Assembly: GCA_037446635.1 (NCBI GenBank) | Contig: JBBIIG010000035.1 | Location: 5,297 to 42,483, forward strand | DNA: 37,187 nucleotides | Origin: a bacterium | Lineage (GTDB): Bacteria; Zhuqueibacterota; Zhuqueibacteria; Oceanimicrobiales; Oceanimicrobiaceae | Direction: 5' to 3' | Part shown: positions 18,728 to 27,716 of the stretch, in pieces | Numbering within the stretch: the first letter of the stretch is position 1 | Layout: every line of letters begins with the position of its first letter | Translations under genes and position numbers: made by a program | The notes under the pieces: model-generated | Database searches by the model: none | The model's input: the letters and a program-made list of their open reading frames with translations, nothing else | Told to the model about the DNA's origin: nothing

Positions 18728-20818
18728 ATGCGCAGAATTTTCGTTACCCTCGTTCTGATGTTCGCCCTTCCGCTATTCTCCCAAAACGGCAGCAAGCGCC
18801 CCTTTGCCATCGCCGATCTCTACAAAATCAAAAACATTGCTGAGCCGCAATTCTCGCCCGATGGCAGCAAGCTCGTGTTTGAAGTCACCGAATATGTTTT
18901 GGAAGAAGGAAAAAGTAATGCCGACATTTATTTGATGGATGCGAATGGTAGTAATTTGCGAAGGCTCACCAACGACCCGGCTGCCGATACCCGGCCCCGC
19001 TGGTCTCCCGATGGCAAATCGATTCTGTTTGTTTCCACGCGTGAAAATGGCGCGCCCGCCCGCGCGGGCAGGCAGGCGTGGCTGTTGCCGATGACCGGCG
19101 GCGAGGCGCGAATGCTCACCAACATCTCCACCGGCATCAGCAATCCGGATTGGGTGGATATTCAGCGCTTCGGATTCTCCAGCGAAGTTTTTCCGGAATG
19201 CGCGGACAACGACTCGTGCAATAAAGACATCGCCACCAAAATGGAACAGGGCCCAATTCAAGCGCATCTCGCCGACGCGCTACTTTTCCGTCACTGGAAT
19301 TTCTGGAAAGATGGCAAACGCACCCACACCTTTTTGTTTGATATCGAAAAAGCAACTCACCTGGATTTGACACCCGGCGATCACGACGCTCCGCCCTTCT
19401 CCCTCGGCGGCTCGCAGGGCTACGCTTTTTCTCCCGACGGCAAAGAGCTGTGCTTCGTGTCCAATCGCGATCCCAATGAATGGGAGACGACGAACAAAGA
19501 TTTGTTCCTCGTCTCCAGTACTGGCGGCGACGCAGTGAACATCACTGATGATAACGAGGCGTATGATGCCGATCCCGCTTACTCGCCCGATGGCCGTTAT
19601 ATCGCTTACATTATGCAGACAATTCCAACTTATGAGGCGGATCGCTTTCGTCTCGCCATTTACGACCGGCAAAGCAAACAGAAAACCGTGCTCACCGAGG
19701 CGTTCGACAACTGGGTGAACAGCTTCCAGTGGGCGCCGGATTCCCGCAGCATCTATTTCCTCGCCGACGTGCAGGGGCACGTGCCGCTGTACAACGTGGA
19801 CATCAAAACTCAAAAGATTCGGCAGGTGATCGATGCCAAAACCATCGATGCGTTTGATATTTCTCCCGATGGCAAATGGGTGGCGTTCGTGCGCCGCTCG
19901 GTCGGTGAGCCGAAAGAAATCTGGCGCTGCACCACCGAGGGCAAAAATCTCCAAAGGCTCACCACACTCAACAAACCAGTTGAAGACGAAGTAGATATAC
20001 GTCCCGCCGAAGAAATGTGGATCGCCTCGCCAACGGGCAAAAAGATTCACACGTTCATCGTCAAGCCGCACAATTTTGATCCCGCGAAAAAGTATCCGCT
20101 GATTTTGAACGTGCACGGCGGCCCGCAGTCACAGTGGGCGGACGCCTTCCGCGGCGATTGGCAAGTCTATCCCGGCGCGGGCTACATCGTGGCATTTCCG
20201 AATCCGCACGGCTCCACCGGCTACGGACAGGAGTTCACCGCGGCGATCTCGAAAGATTGGGGCGGGAAGGTTTACGAAGACGTGATGGCGGTGGCCGACT
20301 CGCTGGCGAAGCTGCCCTACGTCGATGCCGAGCGCATAGGCGCGATGGGCTGGTCGTACGGCGGCTACATGATGATGTGGCTCGAAGGCCACACCGACCG
20401 CTTCAAAGCCATCGCCGCGATGATGGGCGTGTACAATCTCACCTCGATGTGGGGCAGCACCGAGGAGTTGTGGTTCCCGCAGTGGGACTTGGGCGGCGCG
20501 CCGTGGGAGTCGGACTTGTACGAGAAATGGTCGCCGCACAAATTCGCGCCCAATTTCAAAACCCCGTGTTTGGTGATTGTGGGCGAGCACGACTATCGCG
20601 TGCCCTACACCCAGAGCCTCGAATTCTTCACCGCGCTGCAAAAAATGGGCGTACCTTCGCGGCTGATCGTTTTCAAAAATGACGGCCACTGGCCGAGTCA
20701 CGTGAAATCCATGCCGCTCTATTACAACGCCCACCTCGACTGGTTTCACAAATATTTGGGTGGCGACCCCGCGCCGTACGATGTGAAAAAGATGGCGCGC
20801 AATCAAGTGTTTGAATAA
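18728..20818 (+). CDS. Exported S9 family (prolyl oligopeptidase / acylaminoacyl peptidase) serine peptidase
   Basis: Signal peptide, xSPDG propeller repeats, VHGGP, catalytic GWSYGG, DYRV and GHW; SD AGGAGG before ATG 18728. Confidence 0.93.
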   Translation: MRRIFVTLVLMFALPLFSQNGSKRPFAIADLYKIKNIAEPQFSPDGSKLVFEVTEYVLEEGKSNADIYLMDANGSNLRRLTNDPAADTRPRWSPDGKSILFVSTRENGAPARAGRQAWLLPMTGGEARMLTNISTGISNPDWVDIQRFGFSSEVFPECADNDSCNKDIATKMEQGPIQAHLADALLFRHWNFWKDGKRTHTFLFDIEKATHLDLTPGDHDAPPFSLGGSQGYAFSPDGKELCFVSNRDPNEWETTNKDLFLVSSTGGDAVNITDDNEAYDADPAYSPDGRYIAYIMQTIPTYEADRFRLAIYDRQSKQKTVLTEAFDNWVNSFQWAPDSRSIYFLADVQGHVPLYNVDIKTQKIRQVIDAKTIDAFDISPDGKWVAFVRRSVGEPKEIWRCTTEGKNLQRLTTLNKPVEDEVDIRPAEEMWIASPTGKKIHTFIVKPHNFDPAKKYPLILNVHGGPQSQWADAFRGDWQVYPGAGYIVAFPNPHGSTGYGQEFTAAISKDWGGKVYEDVMAVADSLAKLPYVDAERIGAMGWSYGGYMMMWLEGHTDRFKAIAAMMGVYNLTSMWGSTEELWFPQWDLGGAPWESDLYEKWSPHKFAPNFKTPCLVIVGEHDYRVPYTQSLEFFTALQKMGVPSRLIVFKNDGHWPSHVKSMPLYYNAHLDWFHKYLGGDPAPYDVKKMARNQVFE
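19055..19072 (+). repeat. 18-bp mini-palindrome in frame in the S9 peptidase (encodes PARAGR)
   Basis: CCCGCCCGCGCGGGCAGG, 8 of 9 pairs complementary, codon-aligned. Confidence 0.6.
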
Positions 20819-21030
20819 TTTGGGACTGCGGAAGCTTGCTTACGCAGTGTTTTGGAGTGCCAAGCTTTCTTGCGCTGCCAAGGCTGAAGCAAGGCTTCAG
20901 CAATCCAAAGTTTTGGACTGCGCGAGCCCTGCTCGCGCCTTTGGTTTTGCACAAACTCGCTGCGCCGTGCAAAGCTGAAGCAGGCTTCAGCAGTCCAAAA
21001 TTTTTGGAGTGCACGAGCCACACTTGCGCC
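20819..21030. repeat. REP cluster upstream of RAYT (about 6 TTTGGA(C/G)TGC-hairpin REPs)
   Basis: One full doublet 20912-20999 with TTTGGACTGC...GCAGTCCAAA ends, plus partial copies. Confidence 0.85.
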
Positions 21031-21044
21031 GTAACTGAAGGAAG

Positions 21045-21593
21045 ATGACGATGATCGAAGACCCAAAACGCTGGCACCACCGGCCAGCGCATCTATTTGT
21101 GCCAAACACCATGTACATAGTCACCGCCTCTACTTTGCACAAGCTGCATCATTTCAGAGGTTCGGAGCGTCTACGACTTTTGCACGATGCGTTATTGGAG
21201 GTTACCGAAGCGTTCCAATGGATGCTGCAAGCATGGGCCGTGTTCTCCAACCACTATCATTTCATAGCGCAATCGCCCGCAGATGCTAAAACACTGAAGC
21301 CAATGATTCAGCGGCTGCACTCTCAGACTGCCCGCGAGGTTAATCGACTTGACGGCGTGACCGGTCGTCAAGTCTGGTTTCAATACTGGGATACCTGTCT
21401 GACATTTGAGAAAAGCTACTACGCCCGATTGAACTACGTGCATAACAATCCGGTTAAACACGGATTGGTGCCGGCGGCCGAGCAATATCCGTTTTGTTCT
21501 GCCGCGTGGTTCAAAAGTGAAGCCGAGCCCGGCTTTCGAAGAAAGGTGGAGTCGTTTCGCTACGATCGCGTTAACGTTCCGGACGACTTTTAA
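21045..21593 (+). mobile_element. REP-associated tyrosine transposase (RAYT, Y1 HUH, IS200-like)
   Basis: YIVT, HUH motif NHYH, VWFQ and catalytic-Tyr motif NYVHNNPVKHGLV...YPFCS; flanked on both sides by REP palindromes. Confidence 0.9.
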
Positions 21594-21594
21594 C

Positions 21595-21922
21595 TTTGGA
21601 GGGCGCGAGCCATGCTCGCGCCCAGCTGAAGCAAGGGCTTCAGCAATTTGGACTGCACGAGCCCTGCTTGCGCCTTTGGTTTTTGCACAAACTGGCTGCG
21701 CCGTGCAAGGCTGAAGCAAGGCTTCAGCAGTCCAAAATTTTTGGAGTGCACGAGCCCTGCTTGCGCCTTTGGTTTTTGCACAAACTGGCTGCGCCGTGCA
21801 AGGCTGAAGCAAGGCTTCAGCAGTCCAAAATTTTTGGACTGCACGAGCCCTGCTTGCGCCTTTGGTTTTTGCACAAACTCGCTGCGCCGTGCAGGGCTGA
21901 AGCAAGGCTTCAGCAGTCCAAA
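21595..21922. repeat. REP-doublet (REPIN/BIME-like) tandem array: one short doublet plus 3 x 93 bp
   Basis: Near-identical units start at 21647, 21740 and 21833; each has 10-bp inverted ends and hairpins GCACGAGC-CCT-GCTTGCGC and GCTGAAGC-AAG-GCTTCAGC. Confidence 0.92.
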
Positions 21923-21999
21923 GGTTGTCCAAAGGTTGGGGGAGCAGCTCACGGCTAGTTTAAATTATGCGCAAAGTAACCTTGGGGAGGAGAATTCAC

Positions 22000-22470
22000 A
22001 TGAAATCATTCTCTGCCACAATCTTCAAGCTCGGCATCAATCCCTGCGTAGATGTGCCGGAGAAAATTATGAACGAGCTGTTCAAAGCCAGCGGCAGAAC
22101 CAAAGGCCCCATTCCGGTGCGCGGTAAATTGAACGGCAAAGAGTTTACACAAACGGTGGTGCGCTATCAGGGCGCGTGGCGATTGTATCTCAACACCCAA
22201 ATGCGGCTGGATGCCGGCATCGACGTAGGAGACGAGGCGCAGGTCGAGCTGGAATTCGATCCCGAACCGCGAGTGGTTCCCATGCATCCAACACTCAGCC
22301 GGGCTTTGGCAAAAAACAGTGAGGCTAAAACGGCATTCGAAAAGCTCAGGCCGTCTCATCAAAAAGAAATTCTGCGGTATCTTAATTCTTTGAAAAGCAA
22401 GGAATCGGCGGCGCGCAACGTTGAGAAAGTTATTCGACAGTTGCTGGGTAAGGGTCGGAACGTTTTTTAG
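22000..22470 (+). CDS. DUF1905 + YdeI/OmpD-associated domain protein
   Basis: GPIPVRGKLNG...GDEAQVELEFD followed by AFEKLRPSHQKEILRYL; SD GGAGG before ATG 22000. Confidence 0.85.
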   Translation: MKSFSATIFKLGINPCVDVPEKIMNELFKASGRTKGPIPVRGKLNGKEFTQTVVRYQGAWRLYLNTQMRLDAGIDVGDEAQVELEFDPEPRVVPMHPTLSRALAKNSEAKTAFEKLRPSHQKEILRYLNSLKSKESAARNVEKVIRQLLGKGRNVF

Positions 22471-23491
22471 CGCCCCCATTAACGGGGTTCGGAGGGTGTT
22501 TTCCACGCCAAAAATATTTGAGGCGCTGTTTCAACGCTTCAAGAAATGACGGCGGCCGTTCCGTTAAAAATTCATAGATGATCTCCGCCATCTCCGTGGT
22601 GCGCAAGTAGCCGTAGGATTTATGATGATTGCGCACCCCCTCGAATTCGTAATCATTGTTGACGATAACGTCCTGGGGCCCAACGCCGCGCGAGTTCTTG
22701 GCGAAATCATCGGCGAGGTTATAATTGATGGCGATGTGATCGTTCAGATCGGATAAATTGTACCACGCCCGACGAATATTTTCCGGAGTCGGCGCCTTCT
22801 TTTCAACCCGAAAATCTTTTTTCAACTCAATCAAAATTTTTTTGATAATGGCCGCCAGTCCCAAGGGCGAACCCAGGGTAACCAACGAATGAATTTCGAC
22901 GTTCGGCGCTTCGTGCATCAAAACATCATACGCCACGATGGAGCCCATGGAATGGGCGATGAGCAAAATGTCGTCGCGTTTGTGCCGGCGCAGGGTTTGC
23001 GCCAGCGCGCGCCGAATCATCGTGCGCGCATGAAAAGCGCGGCGCCTGCCGCTCACATTGGTGTCGTGATAATAGAGATCGAGGTCGCGGAATTTGCTGC
23101 GGATGATGAGATCCGAGATGAAATCGACATTGATGAGCCGGTGTTCGGAGAGAAAAATTTTATCTAAAATTTTTTCCGTAAAATCCAATAACCTTTTGCG
23201 CAAACGGCTGGGGGCGGTTTTAGCGCTGCGGGGTTGGCCGGGCACATAGGGGTCTTCCACGTAAAGGGGATGGCTCTTGTTTTTGATTTGCAACTGCTGC
23301 GGCTGCGAGTAAAGAAGATGCGCCCAATAAACCAGCTCAAAATGAAATTTCAGATCCGGGCGGCCAATGCGGTTCAGCCCTTCTTGAATGGATTTTTCCC
23401 ACCAGGTTTTTAAAACCCGCTTGGGCGGTTTATTGCCCACGCCATGAATTCCGATGATGACCTGCTGTCGCTTTTTCCAAAATCGCCGCAT
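22430..23491 (-). CDS. Putative alpha/beta-hydrolase fold protein
   Basis: GIHGVG, nucleophile elbow AHSMG, LVTLGSP and C-terminal HKSYGYL. Confidence 0.75.
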   Translation of the reverse strand: MRRFWKKRQQVIIGIHGVGNKPPKRVLKTWWEKSIQEGLNRIGRPDLKFHFELVYWAHLLYSQPQQLQIKNKSHPLYVEDPYVPGQPRSAKTAPSRLRKRLLDFTEKILDKIFLSEHRLINVDFISDLIIRSKFRDLDLYYHDTNVSGRRRAFHARTMIRRALAQTLRRHKRDDILLIAHSMGSIVAYDVLMHEAPNVEIHSLVTLGSPLGLAAIIKKILIELKKDFRVEKKAPTPENIRRAWYNLSDLNDHIAINYNLADDFAKNSRGVGPQDVIVNNDYEFEGVRNHHKSYGYLRTTEMAEIIYEFLTERPPSFLEALKQRLKYFWRGKHPPNPVNGGAKKRSDPYPATVE

Positions 23492-23537
23492 AGTCGTTTG
23501 CGTTACAAGTAACTCAAAGCTCTGCTTTGAGAATTGG

Positions 23538-23555
23538 CCTGCCAGCGCAGGCGGG
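23538..23555 (-). repeat. Intergenic 18-bp copy of the CCCGCC...GGCAGG mini-palindrome
   Basis: Minus strand CCCGCCTGCGCTGGCAGG has the same 6-bp ends as the copies at 19055 and 30337. Confidence 0.55.
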
Positions 23556-23572
23556 CAAACCAGAGGTTTGCG

Positions 23573-25360
23573 TTACGTGCTACCAATGGGCAACTGGACG
23601 CTAAACGTCGAGCCGTGATGGAGCTGGCTTTTCACCAAAATGCTGCCGCCCAAACTGTGGACGATGCCGTAACTTACCGTCAACCCCAGGCCGACGCCGC
23701 TGGCTTTGGCTTTGGTGGTAAAGAACGCGTCGAAAATTTTGTCGAGATGCTGGGGCGCAATGCCGCAGCCGCTGTCGCGGAAATGAATCAAAAGATTTTG
23801 GCTTTGCTTTTGGGAAGAAATTTCGAGGCGGCCGCCGTTGGGCATGGCGTCCACGGCGTTGAGGATGAGGTTGAGAAATACCTGTTTGAGTTGATCCGGC
23901 GTGGCGCTGAGATCCACCACGTCGTTGCCCAACTCGCAGCGGACCGCAATGCCTCTTTCATCCAACATCTTCTCAGAGGTTTTGAGAATTTCGCGGATAA
24001 CCCGGCCGACGTCGATCTTTTGTTTCGAGCTCACTTGCGGCCGATAGAAATCCAGCATCTGGCGAATGAGCTTGCCCATGCGCAAAACTTCTTCGTACGC
24101 CAGGTCGATGAATTCGCGGCCTTTGTTGCTTTTGGCGATTTTGCGCTGCGCCGCCTCCAGGCAGCTTTGAATGTTGTGAATGGGATTGTTCAATTCGTGA
24201 GAAAGCTGGGCGGTGATTTTGCCGGTGGTCGCGAGCTTTTCAGAACGAACCAGCTCCGCTTGCGCCGCCTCCAATTTTCTGAGCGCCTCCTGCAATTCGA
24301 GGTTCTGCTGTTTGAGCTGCGCCATTTTCTGCTGTAGCGACTGGCGCATTTCATCGAACTTGTTGGCTAAATGCCCCAGCTCGTCGCGCGACCAAACCGC
24401 GATGGAATGATCGTAGTTACCGGCGGCGACCGCGTCCGTGGCGTGCACCAATTTTTTCACCGGCTGAATGACGCTTAATGAAATGAATCGGCTGATCAGC
24501 AGCGCCGCGAGAATGGCAGCCCCGCCGACAAGGATCATGGTATTTTGAATCGGCTGCATGATCGGCTTAAACGCCCGATCCACGGATTGCAGCAGAAGAT
24601 AATTGCCGTCCTTGCCGGCAAATTCAGATAAAAATTCTTCTTTGTTAATTTCCACTTTGAAGCGCCCGTCTTCACCAACTGGCGCGGGGATTAAATTTTC
24701 TCCACTCAAATTGGCGGAGCTGAATTGCGGATGCGTGGAAACCACCAGCCGGCGTTCGTGCAGAAAAACCACTTCGCAACCTACCAGTTGTTTCAGTCCG
24801 AAGAGATAAGCGCCATCGATGAGCTTGCCCAAAAGCACTCGGCCTAAAAAATAGACGCCGGTGATTTCATCCAACGCCAGAATGGGAACGGTCACCACTT
24901 GATAAAACTGCGAGTCTAAATTCAGCAGGCCAATTTCTCCCTCCGGTAGTTTTTCGTGAATCAAAAGCGAATCGGCGTGAAACTTCGACGCGGCCGGGTT
25001 ACCAAGACCCAATTGCGCGAGGATGTGATGATCTTCGCTAGTGATGATTAAAATATCGCTGCCGCCGGCTCCGAAAAATTCTTCGGCGACCCGCTGCACC
25101 GTGGTGGAGTCGCCGGTGTCCACCGCCGCTTTGAGATGCGGCGCCTGCGAGGTGACCTGCGCGCGCTCCAACAAAAGTTGCCATTCGCGTCCCTGCAGTT
25201 CGGTGAAAAGGCGGCGCGATTTGTCGAGCTCGCTGGAGACGCTGGCCAACACTTGCCGATGGACAACCTGATTGACGATAATCAGAGCCGCCAAGATCAC
25301 CGCCAAAATCATCACCGTGACCGGAATGACGACTTTGATTTTGAGGCTGACGCTGCGCAT
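23573..25360 (-). CDS. Membrane sensor histidine kinase (periplasmic sensor, HAMP, HisKA, HATPase)
   Basis: Two TM segments, HAMP RDELGHLA, H-box HELNNP, N-box NLILNAVDA, DSGCGI and GVGLGL. Confidence 0.94.
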   Translation of the reverse strand: MRSVSLKIKVVIPVTVMILAVILAALIIVNQVVHRQVLASVSSELDKSRRLFTELQGREWQLLLERAQVTSQAPHLKAAVDTGDSTTVQRVAEEFFGAGGSDILIITSEDHHILAQLGLGNPAASKFHADSLLIHEKLPEGEIGLLNLDSQFYQVVTVPILALDEITGVYFLGRVLLGKLIDGAYLFGLKQLVGCEVVFLHERRLVVSTHPQFSSANLSGENLIPAPVGEDGRFKVEINKEEFLSEFAGKDGNYLLLQSVDRAFKPIMQPIQNTMILVGGAAILAALLISRFISLSVIQPVKKLVHATDAVAAGNYDHSIAVWSRDELGHLANKFDEMRQSLQQKMAQLKQQNLELQEALRKLEAAQAELVRSEKLATTGKITAQLSHELNNPIHNIQSCLEAAQRKIAKSNKGREFIDLAYEEVLRMGKLIRQMLDFYRPQVSSKQKIDVGRVIREILKTSEKMLDERGIAVRCELGNDVVDLSATPDQLKQVFLNLILNAVDAMPNGGRLEISSQKQSQNLLIHFRDSGCGIAPQHLDKIFDAFFTTKAKASGVGLGLTVSYGIVHSLGGSILVKSQLHHGSTFSVQLPIGST

Positions 25361-25411
25361 TTCAACTTCAAATAGCTGGGGACGACTTTGCTTCGTTTCC
25401 TAAACGGAATC

Positions 25412-25562
25412 GTAATGATGGTAGAGGAGTAATGGTGTGCTGGATCGATGGATCATCAGTAATTGAATAATCTCCAATTTTTGCTCCAATACTCCAATAC
25501 TCCAATACTCCAATACTCCAATACTCCACTCCATTACTCCTCTGCTCGCTGCCATTACTCCA
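25412..25562. repeat. Octamer tandem repeat (CTCCAATA)x5 with degenerate inverted partner arm
   Basis: Five exact units at 25484-25523, then CCATTACTCC variants; the left arm contains GGAGTAATGG (reverse complement). Confidence 0.85.
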
Positions 25563-25614
25563 AAAATCCATTTACTCTCATTTAAAGCACTTTGGTATGC
25601 TCGGTTTTCACAGG

Positions 25615-26862
25615 TCAAAAGAACACCACCGCTTGCAGCGCAAAAAGATCGTCGGCTGGCTCGCGAGCGACTTCGCGGGTGCGGTTAAATTGGCCGGCTG
25701 CTTTAATCAACGCGTTGCGGTTGATGCGCCAACCCAGGCCCACTTCCCACTGCTGCATATTGTACTCCCACGATTCGGACGCCGCGCCGTCGGCGTCAAC
25801 ATCCTGCGGGTCGGCGACGTCGCTGAAATCGATCAGGCTGAAGCGCGCCGCCAGAAAAAAGCGGGTGAGAAACGTGTACTTGCCTTCTAAATAAAAAGCG
25901 CGGGCGTCGAGATTTTCAGCAATAAAGGGCGACTGCCAGCGATTCAAAATCAATTCCGAAAAAAACTGCACGTGGGCAATGCTGTAACTGAGATCGAAGC
26001 CCAACGTGGTTTGCCGGAAATCTTCTGCGCTTTTACTTAACGGCTGCAGTTGAGAAGTTACGGCGCTTTTGTCGAGATAGACGCCCCACGAAATGGACGA
26101 ACCCAAATCCAAACCGATCACCGGAGAAAAGCCGGCGCGGCCATGAATCTGCACACCGTTGCTGTTGTTGAGATCCGCGGGGTTGGAAAGCGCGCCGTTG
26201 GCGACGCCGGCGTAGTAACGAAATCGTCCCGCCACGCCAAACACCTGCGCGCCGGTGAGATAGACTTCCCGCGACAGAATGCGTAAGCCGCTGCCCGGCT
26301 GCGGAATGTGCCCGGAACGGATTTGCGGCGCACCCGAATCGGCGGTTGGTTCCGGGTGATATTCAACTGTGCCGCCGCGTCCGCGCGCCCGCAAAAGCTC
26401 GCCGTTGTTCGCCGGCAGATCGAACGCGCTCAACGCGGTGGTGAATTCATACATCAATGGAAACCCAATCAAGGGGTTTTCGGAAGCCCAGCGCCGTCCC
26501 AGAAAAGTGCCAAAGGGCGCCAGAAATTTTCCCACCTCAAAGTTAAGGTACTTCCAGCGCGGGGGACGGTAAATGGCCGAAAGCCCGTAATTCACGAACG
26601 TGATCCCCCGCACCGTTTGAATTTCTGCATATAGAGAAATGGACTCGTTGATCTCCGCTCCAAACAGCAGCACCCAATCGTTGTTAAACGAGCCGTCGCC
26701 GTCGTTGACCACCAGCGGCGATTCTCCGGATTCGCTGTTTTTGTAATTCAAAGCTAAGATCGAGCCGATTTCAATTTGGGGAGAAAGTTGCGCCTGCGCC
26801 GGCCGGCCATTGACTACCGTTAAGCAGAGAATGAGCAAGAAACATCTTCTCGCCATTGGCAT
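25615..26862 (-). CDS. Putative outer-membrane beta-barrel / porin-like protein
   Basis: Signal peptide, amphipathic beta-strands, GKFLAPFG motif, C-terminal Phe (ALQAVVFF); DxDxDG loop. Confidence 0.7.
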   Translation of the reverse strand: MPMARRCFLLILCLTVVNGRPAQAQLSPQIEIGSILALNYKNSESGESPLVVNDGDGSFNNDWVLLFGAEINESISLYAEIQTVRGITFVNYGLSAIYRPPRWKYLNFEVGKFLAPFGTFLGRRWASENPLIGFPLMYEFTTALSAFDLPANNGELLRARGRGGTVEYHPEPTADSGAPQIRSGHIPQPGSGLRILSREVYLTGAQVFGVAGRFRYYAGVANGALSNPADLNNSNGVQIHGRAGFSPVIGLDLGSSISWGVYLDKSAVTSQLQPLSKSAEDFRQTTLGFDLSYSIAHVQFFSELILNRWQSPFIAENLDARAFYLEGKYTFLTRFFLAARFSLIDFSDVADPQDVDADGAASESWEYNMQQWEVGLGWRINRNALIKAAGQFNRTREVAREPADDLFALQAVVFF

Positions 26863-26909
26863 GAGTCCTTTTAGGTTATTCTCAAAGTCGAATTAAACAC
26901 CGAGTTACT

Positions 26910-27704
26910 TTATGGAAACACAAAATCGACTTTTATGATGTCTGAATTTTTAACGACGACCGTGGCCGATTTTTCGGGCCAGCGGCCGTACCAGGCCTTC
27001 AAGGTGTACGTCCCCGGCGGCACATCTTTAATGACGAAATTTCCGTCATCATCGGTGGTTGCAAAAAAGGGATTTTCCAAAACCAGAATAAAGGCGCTCA
27101 TGTGAGTGTGAATATCGCAGTAGATTTTCACCACCCCCGGCTTATCGAAGGTGACGCTGCGGGACTGGCCTTTGGCGTAGCGCCCGAGATCAAAGCTTTT
27201 GGCCGGAGAATAGGAAAAGACATTGTGATAAACGTCGTCGCTGTTTAAAAACTTTACGGTGGCGCCAACCAGAATCGGCAGCACATGGGGAACGAAATTC
27301 TCGTGGGTTTGATCGAGCACCGCCAAGCCGCCGTCGCCGCGCTGCTTATTCCACGATAGGCCTTCGATGTAAACCACCACCGAGGGCTGCTGCTCACGCT
27401 CGTGGTGATCGTCCCGGCGGCGGTTTTCGTCGTAATGCTGGCTGCTTTTGGTGACATATTTTTGAATCAACGAGCGGCTGACGATTTTCGAGCTTTCCTC
27501 CGCCGGACGTTTGATGATGACTTTGCCGCGAATTTCGCCAGCAGAGACAGCAACTGCCCATGAAAGGCACATCATGGCAATCAACAAAAAACTCAAGACG
27601 CCAGAATTTTTATTCCGTAGTAAAAGCGCCGAATCCCGCTCAGCGAGGCTTGGTGGGACGCCATCAAAGTAATTCGGTTTACCGCAGTGGGTTTCGGTGT
27701 GCAA
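26910..27704 (-). CDS. Exported cupredoxin-like protein with carboxypeptidase-regulatory-like (prealbumin-fold) domain
   Basis: FVPHVL, FLNSDDVYHNVFS, YCDIHTHM (Cys-x2-His-x2-Met) and TDDDGNFVIKDVPPGTY motifs; start codon uncertain. Confidence 0.8.
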   Translation of the reverse strand: MHTETHCGKPNYFDGVPPSLAERDSALLLRNKNSGVLSFLLIAMMCLSWAVAVSAGEIRGKVIIKRPAEESSKIVSRSLIQKYVTKSSQHYDENRRRDDHHEREQQPSVVVYIEGLSWNKQRGDGGLAVLDQTHENFVPHVLPILVGATVKFLNSDDVYHNVFSYSPAKSFDLGRYAKGQSRSVTFDKPGVVKIYCDIHTHMSAFILVLENPFFATTDDDGNFVIKDVPPGTYTLKAWYGRWPEKSATVVVKNSDIIKVDFVFP

Positions 27705-27716
27705 TTTCGGATCCGG

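Noticed and set aside
21647..21922. CRISPR array
   Set aside because: Sequences between the palindromes are near-identical rather than unique spacers, there are no cas genes, and the adjacent RAYT explains them as REP doublets.
20673..22127. Multiple repetitive ORFs on both strands around the RAYT
   Set aside because: By-products of the 93-bp (31-codon) palindromic repeats; no SD sequences or protein-like features.
23534..24337. 267-aa plus-strand ORF and similar long antisense ORFs (4602..5495, 7434..8555, 29734..30717)
   Set aside because: Antisense shadows of well-supported GC-rich genes.
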